A DNA stretch of 64,000 bases from an uncultured Nitrospiraceae bacterium (GCA_963730935.1 CAVSTP010000002.1:544001-608000), one strand, 5' to 3'; counted from the first letter of the stretch, positions 18,798 through 28,932 are shown. The notes: generated from the sequence alone by a model not told the origin. Translations and numbers: made by a program.

Positions 18798-20293
18798 CCT
18801 TCTCGCTGACGCTGTCCTCCTCAGACCTTCTGCTGTTGCTGCCCGAGATCTTCCTGACCTTCTGGCTCTGCATCATCTTGATCATCGACTTTTCGTTTCC
18901 GCGCCTGCCGAAGGAAAACCTGGCGTACCTCAGCGTCGCCGGCCTCCTTGGCACTCTAGGATGCCTCGGCTGGTTTGATTTCGCCGGCATTTCAGGGGCG
19001 CTGTTCTCGAACATGTTCGTCGTCGACCGGATGGCGCTGTTCTTCAAAATTTTTATCGTGGCGGCCACGATTTTGGTCATCCTGGCGTCGATCGAGTTCA
19101 TTCATCGGTTTACGTTTTTCCGCGGTGAATACTATTTCCTCGTCGTGATGTCGGCGCTTGGCATGATGTTCATGGCTTCGGCCAATGATCTGCTCTCCGT
19201 CTTCATTACCCTCGAATTCTCGACTTTCGGCTTCTATGTGCTGGTTTCGTATCTGCGCGAAGACGTCGCGAGCAACGAGGCTGGGCTGAAATTCTTCATT
19301 CTGGGGGTGTTCGCCGCAGGCCTCCTGGCCTACGGCATCAGTCTCGTCTATGGGGAGACGGGCCAACTGGTCTTCTCGGACATGAAATCCCTCCAGCCGA
19401 CCCCCGGCCTGATCATCGGATTTCTACTCATCTTCGGGGCGCTGGGATTCAAGATCGGCGCTGTGCCGTTCCACTCCTGGATTCCCGACACCTATCATGG
19501 CTCGCCGACGCCTGTGACAGCGTTTCTCTCGATTGCGCCTAAGGGCGCGGCCTTCGCCATCCTCTTGCGGATGTTCTTCGTGGCTCTCGGTACGTTCAAG
19601 CCGACTTGGGTGTTCCTCATGATCGGAGCCTCGATCTTGTCGATGACCTACGGCAACATCGTGGCGATCGCGCAAAGGAACATGAAGCGGTTGCTTGCCT
19701 ACTCCGGCATCGCGCAAATCGGCAACATCCTCATCGGGCTGGCGGCGGGGACCAAAATGGGCAACGACGCCATCTTGTTCTACCTGCTGACGTATCTGTT
19801 CGCGAACCTCGGGGCGTTCGCGGTCATCATCGCGGTCGGTCAGGCGATTGGCAGCGAAGAAATCGATGATTACAGTGGCCTCGGCCGACGGTCCCCGTTT
19901 CTCGCGTTTTCCATGTTGATCTTTCTGCTGTCCCTGACAGGAGTTCCCCCGCTGGCTGGGTTCATCGGGAAACTCTACATCTTCGTGGCGGCGATCAAAG
20001 AAGGCTTGTACACGCTTATCACCGTCGGCCTCATCAATATCGTTATCTCGATGTACTATTACTTGATCGTTGTGAAGAAGATGTACATCATCGAGCCGCA
20101 TGATCCGTCGCCCATCCGCGTCTCCGGTCCCATGAAGGCCGTGATTTATGTGGGTCTGGCCGGCACCTTGTTTATCGGCATCTATCCACAACCCGCCGCC
20201 GATTGGGTCGTCGCCGCCACCATGATGTTTGCCAACCTTGGCGGCTCAACCGCCCTGTCCGGAACGGCCGCCGCGATCGCGGCCGGCCACTGA
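18794..20293 (+). CDS. nuoN: NADH-quinone oxidoreductase subunit N
   Basis: EAGLKFFILG, FKIGAVPFHSWIPDTYHGSPTPV, KRLLAYS, GVPPLAGFIGK. Confidence 0.97.
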   Translation: MTFSLTLSSSDLLLLLPEIFLTFWLCIILIIDFSFPRLPKENLAYLSVAGLLGTLGCLGWFDFAGISGALFSNMFVVDRMALFFKIFIVAATILVILASIEFIHRFTFFRGEYYFLVVMSALGMMFMASANDLLSVFITLEFSTFGFYVLVSYLREDVASNEAGLKFFILGVFAAGLLAYGISLVYGETGQLVFSDMKSLQPTPGLIIGFLLIFGALGFKIGAVPFHSWIPDTYHGSPTPVTAFLSIAPKGAAFAILLRMFFVALGTFKPTWVFLMIGASILSMTYGNIVAIAQRNMKRLLAYSGIAQIGNILIGLAAGTKMGNDAILFYLLTYLFANLGAFAVIIAVGQAIGSEEIDDYSGLGRRSPFLAFSMLIFLLSLTGVPPLAGFIGKLYIFVAAIKEGLYTLITVGLINIVISMYYYLIVVKKMYIIEPHDPSPIRVSGPMKAVIYVGLAGTLFIGIYPQPAADWVVAATMMFANLGGSTALSGTAAAIAAGH

Positions 20294-20397
20294 TCGCTCA
20301 CCGACAGGTTCATCTGAAATATTGCTTGCAGGCACAAATGGGCCAGAGTAGAGTTTGTTAGGTTTTCATACTATTTCGGCGTAACGCCAAGACTGTC

Positions 20398-21903
20398 ATG
20401 GAATCCGCAACACAGGACCGTCCGACAACGGGGCCGCCGGCGACGCCTCCAGGTCACGAACCCATATCGCCTCCACGAGCCTCGGCCTGGCTGCGCGTCG
20501 CGTCGGGAAGCGCGAATCGGTTCGCGTTCTGGATCAGCCAGTGGTCGATCGAACAGCGGGTCCTGGCCGGCTTCGGGCTGGTCTTTCTGGGCATCGTCGT
20601 GATCAGTGTCATGTCCTATCGGAACACGGCTGTTGTCGTGAAGAACAGCCGACTCGACACCTCGAGCCATGAACTCGTCCAGCTGCTCGGGTCCATCGAA
20701 GAGGCACTGATTGCGGCGGAAAGCGGCCATCGCCGCTACCTCGTCACGGGCGACGAATCCTATCTGAAAGCCTATCGTGGCCTCGTAGAACAAATGCCGG
20801 AGTTTTCCCGCTACCTCCAGGCGTTGTCCGGTCTTTCCGGACAACAGGAGCGCATCACGCAACTGGAGCAGCTCATCAGGCAGCAGATGGACATTGAGAC
20901 CGAAGCCATCAGCCAGCGGGCGACGCACGGCGCCGAAGCCGTGCGGCACCTGGCGCTTCCTGGCGTCGCGAAGCGCGAGCTTGACGACATCCATCGCCTG
21001 ATTGCGGATCTTGAGAGCTCCGAGCAGCAATCCACCCGAACGAGAGTGTTGCAGTCCGCCGGGATGACCCGCAGTACGATTGCGCTGCTCGCGCTGGGCG
21101 CGCTGCTGCAGTTCGTCCTGCTGGGCTCGGTGTACTTTCTGATCCATCACGACATCACCAATCGTCGTCGGGTCGCGGCCGAATTGCGGCGCCAGGGTGA
21201 ACTCCTGCAGGCGGCCAACAAGGAATTGGAGGCGTTCAGTTATTCGGTCTCACACGACCTGCGGGCGCCGCTACGCCATATCGACGGCTACGCGGCCCTC
21301 CTCTCGAAGACCGCCGGCGAGGCCCTAAATGACAAGGCCCGGCGCTACCTCGAGACCATTTCCGACTCGGCGAAGCAGATGGGGCAATTGATCGACGATC
21401 TCCTTGTGTTCTCGCGCATGGGACGCCAGGAGATGCTTCACAGCACGGTCAGTCTCAATCAGCTCATCAAAACCGTGATTCATGATTTGCGTCTTGACTT
21501 GCAAGGCAACACGATCTCCTGGACAATTGGCTCGTTGCCGGAGGTGCCGGGTGATCCGGCCATGTTGCGGCAGGTGTTCATGAATCTGCTCAGCAACGCC
21601 GTGAAGTTCACCGTGACCCGGCCGAAGCCGCGCATCGAGATCGGCGCGTCCCGGGACAGCGCCGGAGAGGTGACGGTGTTTGTCCGCGACAACGGCGTGG
21701 GCTTCGACATGCAGTACGTGAACAAGCTGTTCGGTGTGTTTCAGCGCCTTCATCGGAACGATGAATTCGAAGGGACCGGCATCGGCCTTGCGAACGTACG
21801 TCGGATCATTCACCGTCACGGCGGCCGGACATGGGCCGAGGGAGCCATTGATCAAGGTGCGACGTTTTATGTGTCGCTGCCCTTGAAAAGGATGTCCTCA
21901 TGA
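20398..21903 (+). CDS. CHASE3-domain membrane sensor histidine kinase
   Basis: TM - CHASE3 (AESGHRRYLVTGDESYL) - TM; H-box SVSHDLRAPL; N, G1, F and G2 boxes. Confidence 0.93.
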   Translation: MESATQDRPTTGPPATPPGHEPISPPRASAWLRVASGSANRFAFWISQWSIEQRVLAGFGLVFLGIVVISVMSYRNTAVVVKNSRLDTSSHELVQLLGSIEEALIAAESGHRRYLVTGDESYLKAYRGLVEQMPEFSRYLQALSGLSGQQERITQLEQLIRQQMDIETEAISQRATHGAEAVRHLALPGVAKRELDDIHRLIADLESSEQQSTRTRVLQSAGMTRSTIALLALGALLQFVLLGSVYFLIHHDITNRRRVAAELRRQGELLQAANKELEAFSYSVSHDLRAPLRHIDGYAALLSKTAGEALNDKARRYLETISDSAKQMGQLIDDLLVFSRMGRQEMLHSTVSLNQLIKTVIHDLRLDLQGNTISWTIGSLPEVPGDPAMLRQVFMNLLSNAVKFTVTRPKPRIEIGASRDSAGEVTVFVRDNGVGFDMQYVNKLFGVFQRLHRNDEFEGTGIGLANVRRIIHRHGGRTWAEGAIDQGATFYVSLPLKRMSS

Positions 21904-22343
21904 CGACCGTGAAACCTATCCTCTTGGCGGAAGACAATCCGCGCGATGCGGAACTGGCGCTGGCCGCGATGGAAGAGCATCACATTGCGGACAAAGTGGT
22001 CGTCTGTCATGATGGAGCAGAAGTGTTGGATTACCTCTACTGTCGCGGAGCCTACAAGAGCCGTGAATGCGGCAACCCCGTCGTGGTGTTCCTGGATCTC
22101 AAGATGCCGAAAGTCGACGGCATCGAGGTCTTGCGAACGATCAAAAATGATGCGAATCTCAAACCGATTCCCGTCGTCATGCTGACGTCGTCACGTGAAG
22201 AACGCGACCTAGCCCAGAGCTACGCGCTCGGCGCCAATGCCTACGTCGTCAAGCCTGTGGAGTTTCAGCAGTTCATCTCGGCGGTGAAAGAACTCGGCGT
22301 ATTCTGGGGAGTGCTCAACGAGCCGCCGCCTGAGGGGAGTTAA
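21900..22343 (+). CDS. Single-domain response regulator (Rcp1-like)
   Basis: ILLAEDN, FLDLKMPKVDG, MLTSS, GANAYVVKP; ATGA overlap with the kinase. Confidence 0.95.
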   Translation: MTTVKPILLAEDNPRDAELALAAMEEHHIADKVVVCHDGAEVLDYLYCRGAYKSRECGNPVVVFLDLKMPKVDGIEVLRTIKNDANLKPIPVVMLTSSREERDLAQSYALGANAYVVKPVEFQQFISAVKELGVFWGVLNEPPPEGS

Positions 22344-22396
22344 GTCCGCTGCACGCGCCAACTCCTGACGCCAAGGAAGCCTGCCCGAGAGGATCT

Positions 22397-24007
22397 GTGA
22401 AAACCCCGCTCCGTCTGCTCCTTCTGGAAGATGACCCTGTCGACGCCGATCTCGTTTCCGCCACTCTGTCGGAGGCAGGACTCGAGTTCACCGCCCGGCG
22501 AGTCGATACGCGCAACGATTTTCTCGCCGCGATTGAAACGGGCGCCTTCGATCTCATTCTCGCGGATTATTCCATCCCAGGCTTCGACGGCATGACGGCA
22601 CTCTTGCTGGCCCGCCAGCAAGCGCCGGACATCCCGTTTCTCTTTGTCTCCGCCACGATCGGCGAGGAATTGGCCATCGATGCGATGCACCACGGGGCGA
22701 CAGACTACGTCTTGAAGCAGCGATTGGGCCGACTCGTCCCCTCAGTGCAGCGCGCGCTTCGCGAACGGGATGAACGTCGCGAGCGCAAGAGGGCCGAGGA
22801 GGCGTTGGTCCAGAGCGAACGGCAGTTCCGGCAGGCGCAGAAGATGGAGGCGGTCGGTCGGCTCGCCGGAGGCATCGCCCATGACTTCAACAACCTCCTG
22901 ACGGTGATCATGGGATACAGCCACGTTCTCGCGACGGAACTGGGCCGCGAGCATCCCCTGTACACCAAGATCGAGGAGACCCAGAAGGCCGGCGAGCGCG
23001 CTGCCATGCTGGTCCACCAACTACTGGCGTTCAGCCGCAAGCAGCCGCTCGAACCGAAGCACTTGAGCCTCAACAATGTCGTCGCCAACCTGGAAGGGAT
23101 GCTGCAGCGATTGATCGGCGCAGACATTCGTCTTGTCATCACGCTCGATCCTGGGAATAGCCAAGTCCGGGCCGACCAGGCACAGCTGGAACAAGTGCTC
23201 ATGAACCTGGTACTGAACGCCCGCGATGCCATGCCCAACGGCGGAACGTTGACGATCGAGACCGCTCAGGTCCAGTTGGCGAAGAGCCCGCTGTATCACG
23301 TCGATCCGCTGCCGCCGGGACCGTATGTCAAACTGTCGGTTGCCGATACCGGAAGCGGGATGGATCGCGAGACTCAGGCCCACATATTTGAACCGTTCTT
23401 CACGACCAAAGAGGAAGGGAAGGGGAGCGGTCTCGGCCTTTCAACCGTCTACGGCATCGTCACCCAATCCGGCGGCGCCATCGACGTGACGAGTCGCGTG
23501 AGCCATGGCACGAGATTCGACATCTTCTTTCCCAGGGTCTCCGCCGACGCGCATCCGGCGTCGTCCCCCAAGGTCTCAGCTCAGCCGGTTGGAGGGAGCG
23601 AGACCATTCTGTTGGTCGAGGACGACGCCAGCGTGCGCATTTTGCTCCGGGACGCTCTGCGAAAGCTTGGATACCGGGTGGTCGAGGCGAAGCAGGGTTT
23701 GGAGGCGTGCCTGCTTGCGTCGCAGGAGCTGGATCGGCTGGACCTGTTGTTGACCGATATGGTGATGCCGGGAATGGGTGGTCGAGAGCTGGCGCAGCAT
23801 CTGATGACGATCAAGCCAGAATTGCGGATCCTTTTTATGTCCGGCTTCACGGACGATGTCGGCATTCTGGCCGGTGATGAGCGAGGCACCAGCGGATTTC
23901 TTCAGAAGCCATTCACGCCGGAGCTTTTGGCCCGCACGGTGAGAAAGATTCTTGATGCTCCTTCGACTGCGCTTCCGCAAACAGCCGCGAAACGGGCCTC
24001 GCATTAA
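22397..24007 (+). CDS. Hybrid histidine kinase (REC-HisKA-HATPase-REC)
   Basis: N-terminal REC, QKMEAVGRLAGGIAHDFNNLL, FEPFFTTK, GSGLGL and C-terminal REC. Confidence 0.95.
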   Translation: MKTPLRLLLLEDDPVDADLVSATLSEAGLEFTARRVDTRNDFLAAIETGAFDLILADYSIPGFDGMTALLLARQQAPDIPFLFVSATIGEELAIDAMHHGATDYVLKQRLGRLVPSVQRALRERDERRERKRAEEALVQSERQFRQAQKMEAVGRLAGGIAHDFNNLLTVIMGYSHVLATELGREHPLYTKIEETQKAGERAAMLVHQLLAFSRKQPLEPKHLSLNNVVANLEGMLQRLIGADIRLVITLDPGNSQVRADQAQLEQVLMNLVLNARDAMPNGGTLTIETAQVQLAKSPLYHVDPLPPGPYVKLSVADTGSGMDRETQAHIFEPFFTTKEEGKGSGLGLSTVYGIVTQSGGAIDVTSRVSHGTRFDIFFPRVSADAHPASSPKVSAQPVGGSETILLVEDDASVRILLRDALRKLGYRVVEAKQGLEACLLASQELDRLDLLLTDMVMPGMGGRELAQHLMTIKPELRILFMSGFTDDVGILAGDERGTSGFLQKPFTPELLARTVRKILDAPSTALPQTAAKRASH

Positions 24008-24041
24008 ACATGCGCACTGATTTCCAATTCAGCGGCCTGGT

Positions 24042-24070
24042 TTGACGCTGGCCCCACGGCTCCCTATACT
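24042..24070 (+). promoter_or_regulatory. Sigma-70 promoter
   Basis: TTGACG-N17-TATACT ending 13 nt before ATG 24084. Confidence 0.65.
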
Positions 24071-24083
24071 TTTATTGAACACG

Positions 24084-24953
24084 ATGAAACGACGTCGCTC
24101 TCGGCTCTGGGCGAGTGCCCTCGCGATCTTTACCGGACTTATTCCTTTCCTCTCGCCCTCCTATCCCGCATCGGCGCAAGCCATTGATTGGGATCATCCC
24201 GCCGAAGGGCTGGCCATCGGGGTCTGGAACCCGTCTTCTGTCTGCAGCGATGTGCCTCCGCTGGTTGTCTCAGAGATCGATCCGCTCCGATACCGGATCT
24301 CCGTGCACTATTTCCGCAATGAGCCGTTTGAAGAACCGCCCGATATTCACGAATGGCAGAGACGAACCGGCCATGACATGGTCTTCAATGCCGGGCTCTT
24401 TCGCGAAAACTTTTCGTATTTGGGACTGCTGTACGCACAGGGAAAGCCGCTGGGAGGCAAACGCCATGCGTCTTGGATGGGACTGTTTGTTGCCGAACCA
24501 ACCGAGGCAGGCACAGCAAGGGCCGGGATCCTGGATCTCTCAATCGATCCATTCAATGAGCAGCGGCCTCCCTATGGGGAAGCGGCACAATCGCTGATGC
24601 TCTTGGACCGCACCGGAAAAGTCCGAGTCAACCCGAGCGGCAAGCAATCACAGCAGACCATCGTTGGCGAACTGAAGAACGGGCACATTCTCCTCATGAA
24701 GACGACCGACCCCGTTTCCCTGCATGCGATCGGGCGATGTCTGCATGAGGCCTATCCCCAGATCCGACAGGCGATGGCGATGGATGGAGGGTCGTCGTCT
24801 GATGTATCGATCGGCCCCGCACTGCAAAAAGCAGTGGAAAAAACCGCAGGAACCCATTCTTGGATGGCGTTTCTGAACAGCGGACCGACGGGTCATATCG
24901 GCCTGCCGGCGGTGATCGGCATCAGCCCGCGCGGGGCCACGTCACGTCCGTGA
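24084..24953 (+). CDS. Exported phosphodiester glycosidase-family (NAGPA-like) protein
   Basis: Signal peptide, FNAGLF and AMAMDGGSSS motifs. Confidence 0.75.
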   Translation: MKRRRSRLWASALAIFTGLIPFLSPSYPASAQAIDWDHPAEGLAIGVWNPSSVCSDVPPLVVSEIDPLRYRISVHYFRNEPFEEPPDIHEWQRRTGHDMVFNAGLFRENFSYLGLLYAQGKPLGGKRHASWMGLFVAEPTEAGTARAGILDLSIDPFNEQRPPYGEAAQSLMLLDRTGKVRVNPSGKQSQQTIVGELKNGHILLMKTTDPVSLHAIGRCLHEAYPQIRQAMAMDGGSSSDVSIGPALQKAVEKTAGTHSWMAFLNSGPTGHIGLPAVIGISPRGATSRP

Positions 24954-25017
24954 GCAGCCCCTGAAGGAGTGCAGACCCCAGCGCACAAATGGCGTTCTGA
25001 TTGGACCGAAGGTGCCC

Positions 25018-25431
25018 TTAGCGGCTCACCGGAAAGCCGGCCTCGACCCAGGCATTCATACTGCCGCGGACATTGTAAACGTGGGTATAGCCGAGATCCG
25101 CCAACGTTTCAGCCGCAATGTTGCTTCGATGGCCGGACTGGCAATAGACCACGATGTGCTCATCCAAGGGGACGCCGATTTCCCGGTGGCGCGTTTTGAT
25201 TTCGCGGAAGTCGATGTTCAGATCAGTGCCGGGGATGAAGCCCGCTGCATGTTCTTCAGGCGAACGGACATCGATGAGCACAAAACCCTTTTCCGCCATC
25301 GACGGCGCTTTGTTGAGGCCAGCACGCAATTGCTGGACGGACAAGAGATATGAATGGTGAGCGGAGACCACGGTCGTGAGCCCGGCGATCAGCAATAGTC
25401 CGAGCAATGAGATGGTAAGTCGGCGAGTCAT
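25018..25431 (-). CDS. Exported rhodanese-domain protein
   Basis: AGGAGG RBS, signal peptide, LIDVRSPEEH, active-site loop VYCQSGHRS, GSMNAW. Confidence 0.92.
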   Translation of the reverse strand: MTRRLTISLLGLLLIAGLTTVVSAHHSYLLSVQQLRAGLNKAPSMAEKGFVLIDVRSPEEHAAGFIPGTDLNIDFREIKTRHREIGVPLDEHIVVYCQSGHRSNIAAETLADLGYTHVYNVRGSMNAWVEAGFPVSR

Positions 25432-25497
25432 GGTAGACCTCCTGAGGACAGTCTTTTCGCGAGATGAAGAGGGTGTTGCGATTATCATAGGAGCCGC

Positions 25498-25806
25498 ATG
25501 AAGAATTGGTCAAGCCTCATGTGCGCCCTCATCCTGCTTCTGTCTGGATGCGCCGAGGGCGCCAAGCTGGTGCAACGCAACGAGGACGGAGGTGTCGTAA
25601 CATATCCCTTCAAGGGGGAGCAAGGTTACATGCTGTCATCGTTTCGGAAGGACGCGCTGAGCCTGATCAAAGACACCTGCGGCGGGAGCTATGTGATCGT
25701 CCGCGAAGGGGAGGCGAAGGGCCGGTCGCGCGTGGTGGGAGGCATCGAAGGGGGACAGGAGGTCGTGCGCGAACGGCGCTGGGGCATCGAGTTTCGCTGC
25801 AAGTAA
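25498..25806 (+). CDS. Hypothetical lipoprotein
   Basis: AGGAG RBS, lipobox LSGC, two further Cys. Confidence 0.8.
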   Translation: MKNWSSLMCALILLLSGCAEGAKLVQRNEDGGVVTYPFKGEQGYMLSSFRKDALSLIKDTCGGSYVIVREGEAKGRSRVVGGIEGGQEVVRERRWGIEFRCK

Positions 25807-25814
25807 TATCACTG

Positions 25815-26396
25815 TTAATCAGCACGCTGTTGTGCGGCGGTCAAATCATCGATCGTCAGCAAGCTGATCACCTTCACGCCCTCCTGCTCGACTTTTGCCC
25901 GCCCTTCCTGTTCTCTTCGATCCACGATCACGAGCGCATGGGTCACCGCAAGTCCCGCTTCCCTCGCTGACGCAACAGCTTTAAGCAAGGAACCTCCGCT
26001 CGTCAGGACATCGTCGACGATCAAGGCGCGGTCCCCCGAACGGATGGCGCCTTCGATCTGCTTCCCTAGGCCGTGATCCTTCGCCTGCTTACGCACGACA
26101 AAGGTTCGCCATTCCCGCTTGGGATCAGCCGCATAGGCGAAATCCGCGATCGTCGTCGCAATGGAAATGGCGCCGATCTCCAACCCGCCGAGACAATCGA
26201 TCTCCATTTCCCTCAGTGCGCTATGAGCAAGTTGACCGACCAGACGTCGGGCGGACGGGTGGGCCATCAACGCGCGGCAATCCACATAAAACGGGCTGAC
26301 GTGGCCGGACGCCAGGGTAAATCCTTTTTGCTGATCCCATTTGAAGGAGCGTGTTTCATGAAACGCGCGAGCCAGTTCCTTTGCTGTCGACATCAT
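25815..26396 (-). CDS. pyrE: Orotate phosphoribosyltransferase
   Basis: FTLASG..SPFYVD, VRKQAKDHG, PRPP-binding IVDDVLTSGGS, IVDR. Confidence 0.95.
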   Translation of the reverse strand: MMSTAKELARAFHETRSFKWDQQKGFTLASGHVSPFYVDCRALMAHPSARRLVGQLAHSALREMEIDCLGGLEIGAISIATTIADFAYAADPKREWRTFVVRKQAKDHGLGKQIEGAIRSGDRALIVDDVLTSGGSLLKAVASAREAGLAVTHALVIVDRREQEGRAKVEQEGVKVISLLTIDDLTAAQQRAD

Positions 26397-26549
26397 CTCA
26401 GTGTTCACTTCCTGCGCATCAGTGGCAGTTTGAGTAGAACTACGTGCGAGAAAATCCAATTTCGTTGACCACATATTCAAACAGAGATACGGTCGCAGCA
26501 TGACTGCACATCTTGAGTTCGCACCATGCATCCGGAGACCAGCACTTGG

Positions 26550-26744
26550 CTAGCATGAACCCCGCATCGCTGGCGGACAGTAGCTATGAGGTGGTTTTGG
26601 CGGAGGAGTCCGTTCGACTTCTTGAGGAGGTTCCGGCTGTTTAGGGTCTGGATCTTGACCTACCGGTATCGGTTCAGGACTGGAGCATCCTAAGAAGTAC
26701 AGCACCGCAACAATCTGCAGCGATCGCAAGAACCAGTGAGCCAT
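26550..26744 (-). CDS. Putative small Pro-rich lipoprotein (64 aa)
   Basis: MAHWFLRSLQIVAVLYFLG-C lipobox, Pro-rich linker and C-terminal Cys pair (CPPAMRGSC). Confidence 0.5.
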   Translation of the reverse strand: MAHWFLRSLQIVAVLYFLGCSSPEPIPVGQDPDPKQPEPPQEVERTPPPKPPHSYCPPAMRGSC

Positions 26745-26856
26745 AGATATCGGACGGACAGACGAATTGGGACGGTCAACTCTATACCACTTGCCTAGGC
26801 ATGGTCCAGCCCCTTGTGCGTAAACCATGACAGCGTGTGACTTGGTTGGAGCAGAA

Positions 26857-28668
26857 ATGAAAGACAGTTCGGCGTGTGGGAAGCGGCATGTCAGCCGCAT
26901 CCGATTGCTCGCAATGTTGCTGCTGTGCGTTGTGCCGCTCACGGCCTATGGCGAAGAACTGCCGATGAACGCCGTCGACGAGCCAGCAACTCCAGCCGCT
27001 CCCGTCGTCGGTCCGGCGATCCCCGAGCCTGCTGAATCATCCGTCTCCCCAACGCAACCGACCAACGAACCACCCGCAGCAGGCACAGCCGACACACCTG
27101 AACCTTCGACACAAGAACCGCAGACCAAGCCGGAGTCGCCAGCGCCTTCGACACAATCGACGACACCACCGGCGCCGGCCGTGATCAATGGCTTCGTGTT
27201 TTCCGGGAACACGGTGATCGGCAATGAACAATTGCAGACTGTCACTCAACCATTCGTCGGCGAAGTGCTCGATCTTCCCGTCCTCGAAAAGGCTGCACAA
27301 TCCGTCACCGACTATTACCGAAAGCAGGGGTACACTCTCGCATTAGCCTATGTTCCCCAGCAACAGATCGAGTTGGGCGTGGTGACGTTGGCCCTGCTCG
27401 AGGGGAGGATCGGCGATGTGACCGTCAACGGGAACCGCCATTATTCGACTGCATTTATCAAGCGGCACTTCGCTCAAGCTGAGGCAGAACCCGTGGCGCG
27501 AAATGAATCGTTGGAGCGGGGACTTCTCCTCTTGAATGAGTATCCGTCCCTGAAGACATCTGCCACCTTGGAGGCGGGGAAATCCGCTGGGGCCACGGAT
27601 GTCCATGTGACCGTGGAAGACAAACGGCCACTGCATTTCATGCTGGACGTGAACAATTACGGCTTCAACACGATTTCTCGTTACCGCTTCGGTGCAGGAG
27701 TGGAAGTCGGCAATGTGCTGATGGATGGCGGCACCCTGACGCTCAATGCCATTTGGGGCAATCATCCGGATCAACTGCTGTTCGGAATGGGGAACTATAG
27801 TCTTCCCCTCGGCGGGCAAGGCACCAAGCTCGTGCTCGGAGGCTCTCACGGAAAGTTCGACGTCGGCGGTCAATTGTCGTCTCTCCAAATCAGCGGCTTG
27901 ACGACCATCGGTGATCTCGCGGTCACCCATCCGTTCATCAAGTCCCGCTTTCAGAATCTACTTGGTGAGTTTGGATTTTCGGCAAAGAACAATACACTGT
28001 CGTTGCTCGACACCACGTTTGCTGACGATGCGATCCGGCTGCTCAAGCTCGGTGTCAATTGGGATCGCCTCGACTTGTCGGGCCGTTGGTATGTGTCCTT
28101 TTACGGATTTCAGGGCTTAGGTGAGTTCCTCGGCGGCATGGACAACAGTTCACCGCAAGCCTCTAGACAGGGCGCGGACAACCGTTTTACAAAAGCCACG
28201 ATGGCGGCCGGGCGCATCCAAAGTCTTGGCCATGATGTGTTATTGGTATTGAAGGGAACAGGCCAAGGAACGACGGCGCCACTCGTGATCATCGAACAGA
28301 TGGTGCTCGGCGGACCGGATTCGGTGCGCGGCTATCCATTGGGCCAACGATTCGTTGACCAAGGCTTTACCCTGTCCGCGGAGACACGCATCCCATTTTT
28401 TCCGTCACTTATGCCCGCCGCCTTACAGCAGACCCAGGGAACCATCTTCATCGACTATGGCTACGGGAGCCTAAAAAATCCGACGCCGGGTGAGCAGCCA
28501 TCAACCAGTCTGACCGGCACCGGCGTAGGGCTACAGACGCTCCTGCCTCGGTACAATACCAATGTTCGTCTTGATCTCGGCTTCCCGCTAGGTCCCAACC
28601 CGATTGGCGGCACCCTTTCCGGCGACCGCTCACCGACCTTCTACTTTTCCATTTCGACACGTTTTTAA
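26857..28668 (+). CDS. TpsB transporter of two-partner secretion (ShlB/FhaC/HecB family)
   Basis: Signal peptide, Pro-rich linker, POTRA (FSGNTV..YYRKQGY..AYVPQQ..EGRIG), GGPDSVRGY loop-6 motif, FIDYG, C-terminal Phe. Start codon uncertain (26827, 26857 or 26914). Confidence 0.95.
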   Translation: MKDSSACGKRHVSRIRLLAMLLLCVVPLTAYGEELPMNAVDEPATPAAPVVGPAIPEPAESSVSPTQPTNEPPAAGTADTPEPSTQEPQTKPESPAPSTQSTTPPAPAVINGFVFSGNTVIGNEQLQTVTQPFVGEVLDLPVLEKAAQSVTDYYRKQGYTLALAYVPQQQIELGVVTLALLEGRIGDVTVNGNRHYSTAFIKRHFAQAEAEPVARNESLERGLLLLNEYPSLKTSATLEAGKSAGATDVHVTVEDKRPLHFMLDVNNYGFNTISRYRFGAGVEVGNVLMDGGTLTLNAIWGNHPDQLLFGMGNYSLPLGGQGTKLVLGGSHGKFDVGGQLSSLQISGLTTIGDLAVTHPFIKSRFQNLLGEFGFSAKNNTLSLLDTTFADDAIRLLKLGVNWDRLDLSGRWYVSFYGFQGLGEFLGGMDNSSPQASRQGADNRFTKATMAAGRIQSLGHDVLLVLKGTGQGTTAPLVIIEQMVLGGPDSVRGYPLGQRFVDQGFTLSAETRIPFFPSLMPAALQQTQGTIFIDYGYGSLKNPTPGEQPSTSLTGTGVGLQTLLPRYNTNVRLDLGFPLGPNPIGGTLSGDRSPTFYFSISTRF

Positions 28669-28811
28669 CTCGCCGACACCGGCAAGTGCCTGTACGCCCA
28701 GTCAAGCTGCCTCCATCTTCACGCTTTTGTATCCCCTCTTCGGAGCGATGCATGGCTGGTAAGCGCCTGCCACACTTGTACTGCGAGGTCTGCTCAGCGG
28801 GGACCACATGA

Positions 28812-28826
28812 TGGCGGCCGGTTTGC
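28812..28826 (+). promoter_or_regulatory. Possible sigma-54 promoter upstream of tpsA
   Basis: TGGCGG-CCGGT-TTGC (GG-N10-GC), about 105 nt before the ATG. Confidence 0.35.
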
Positions 28827-28932
28827 GTGAAGAGGATGTACTAGGAAGCCGTACGAAAAAACTACGACTTTTCTTTGCGGGATGGGACTTGTGGGATAGA
28901 GTGAATTCTCCATTTTCGGGAGAAGGCCGTTC

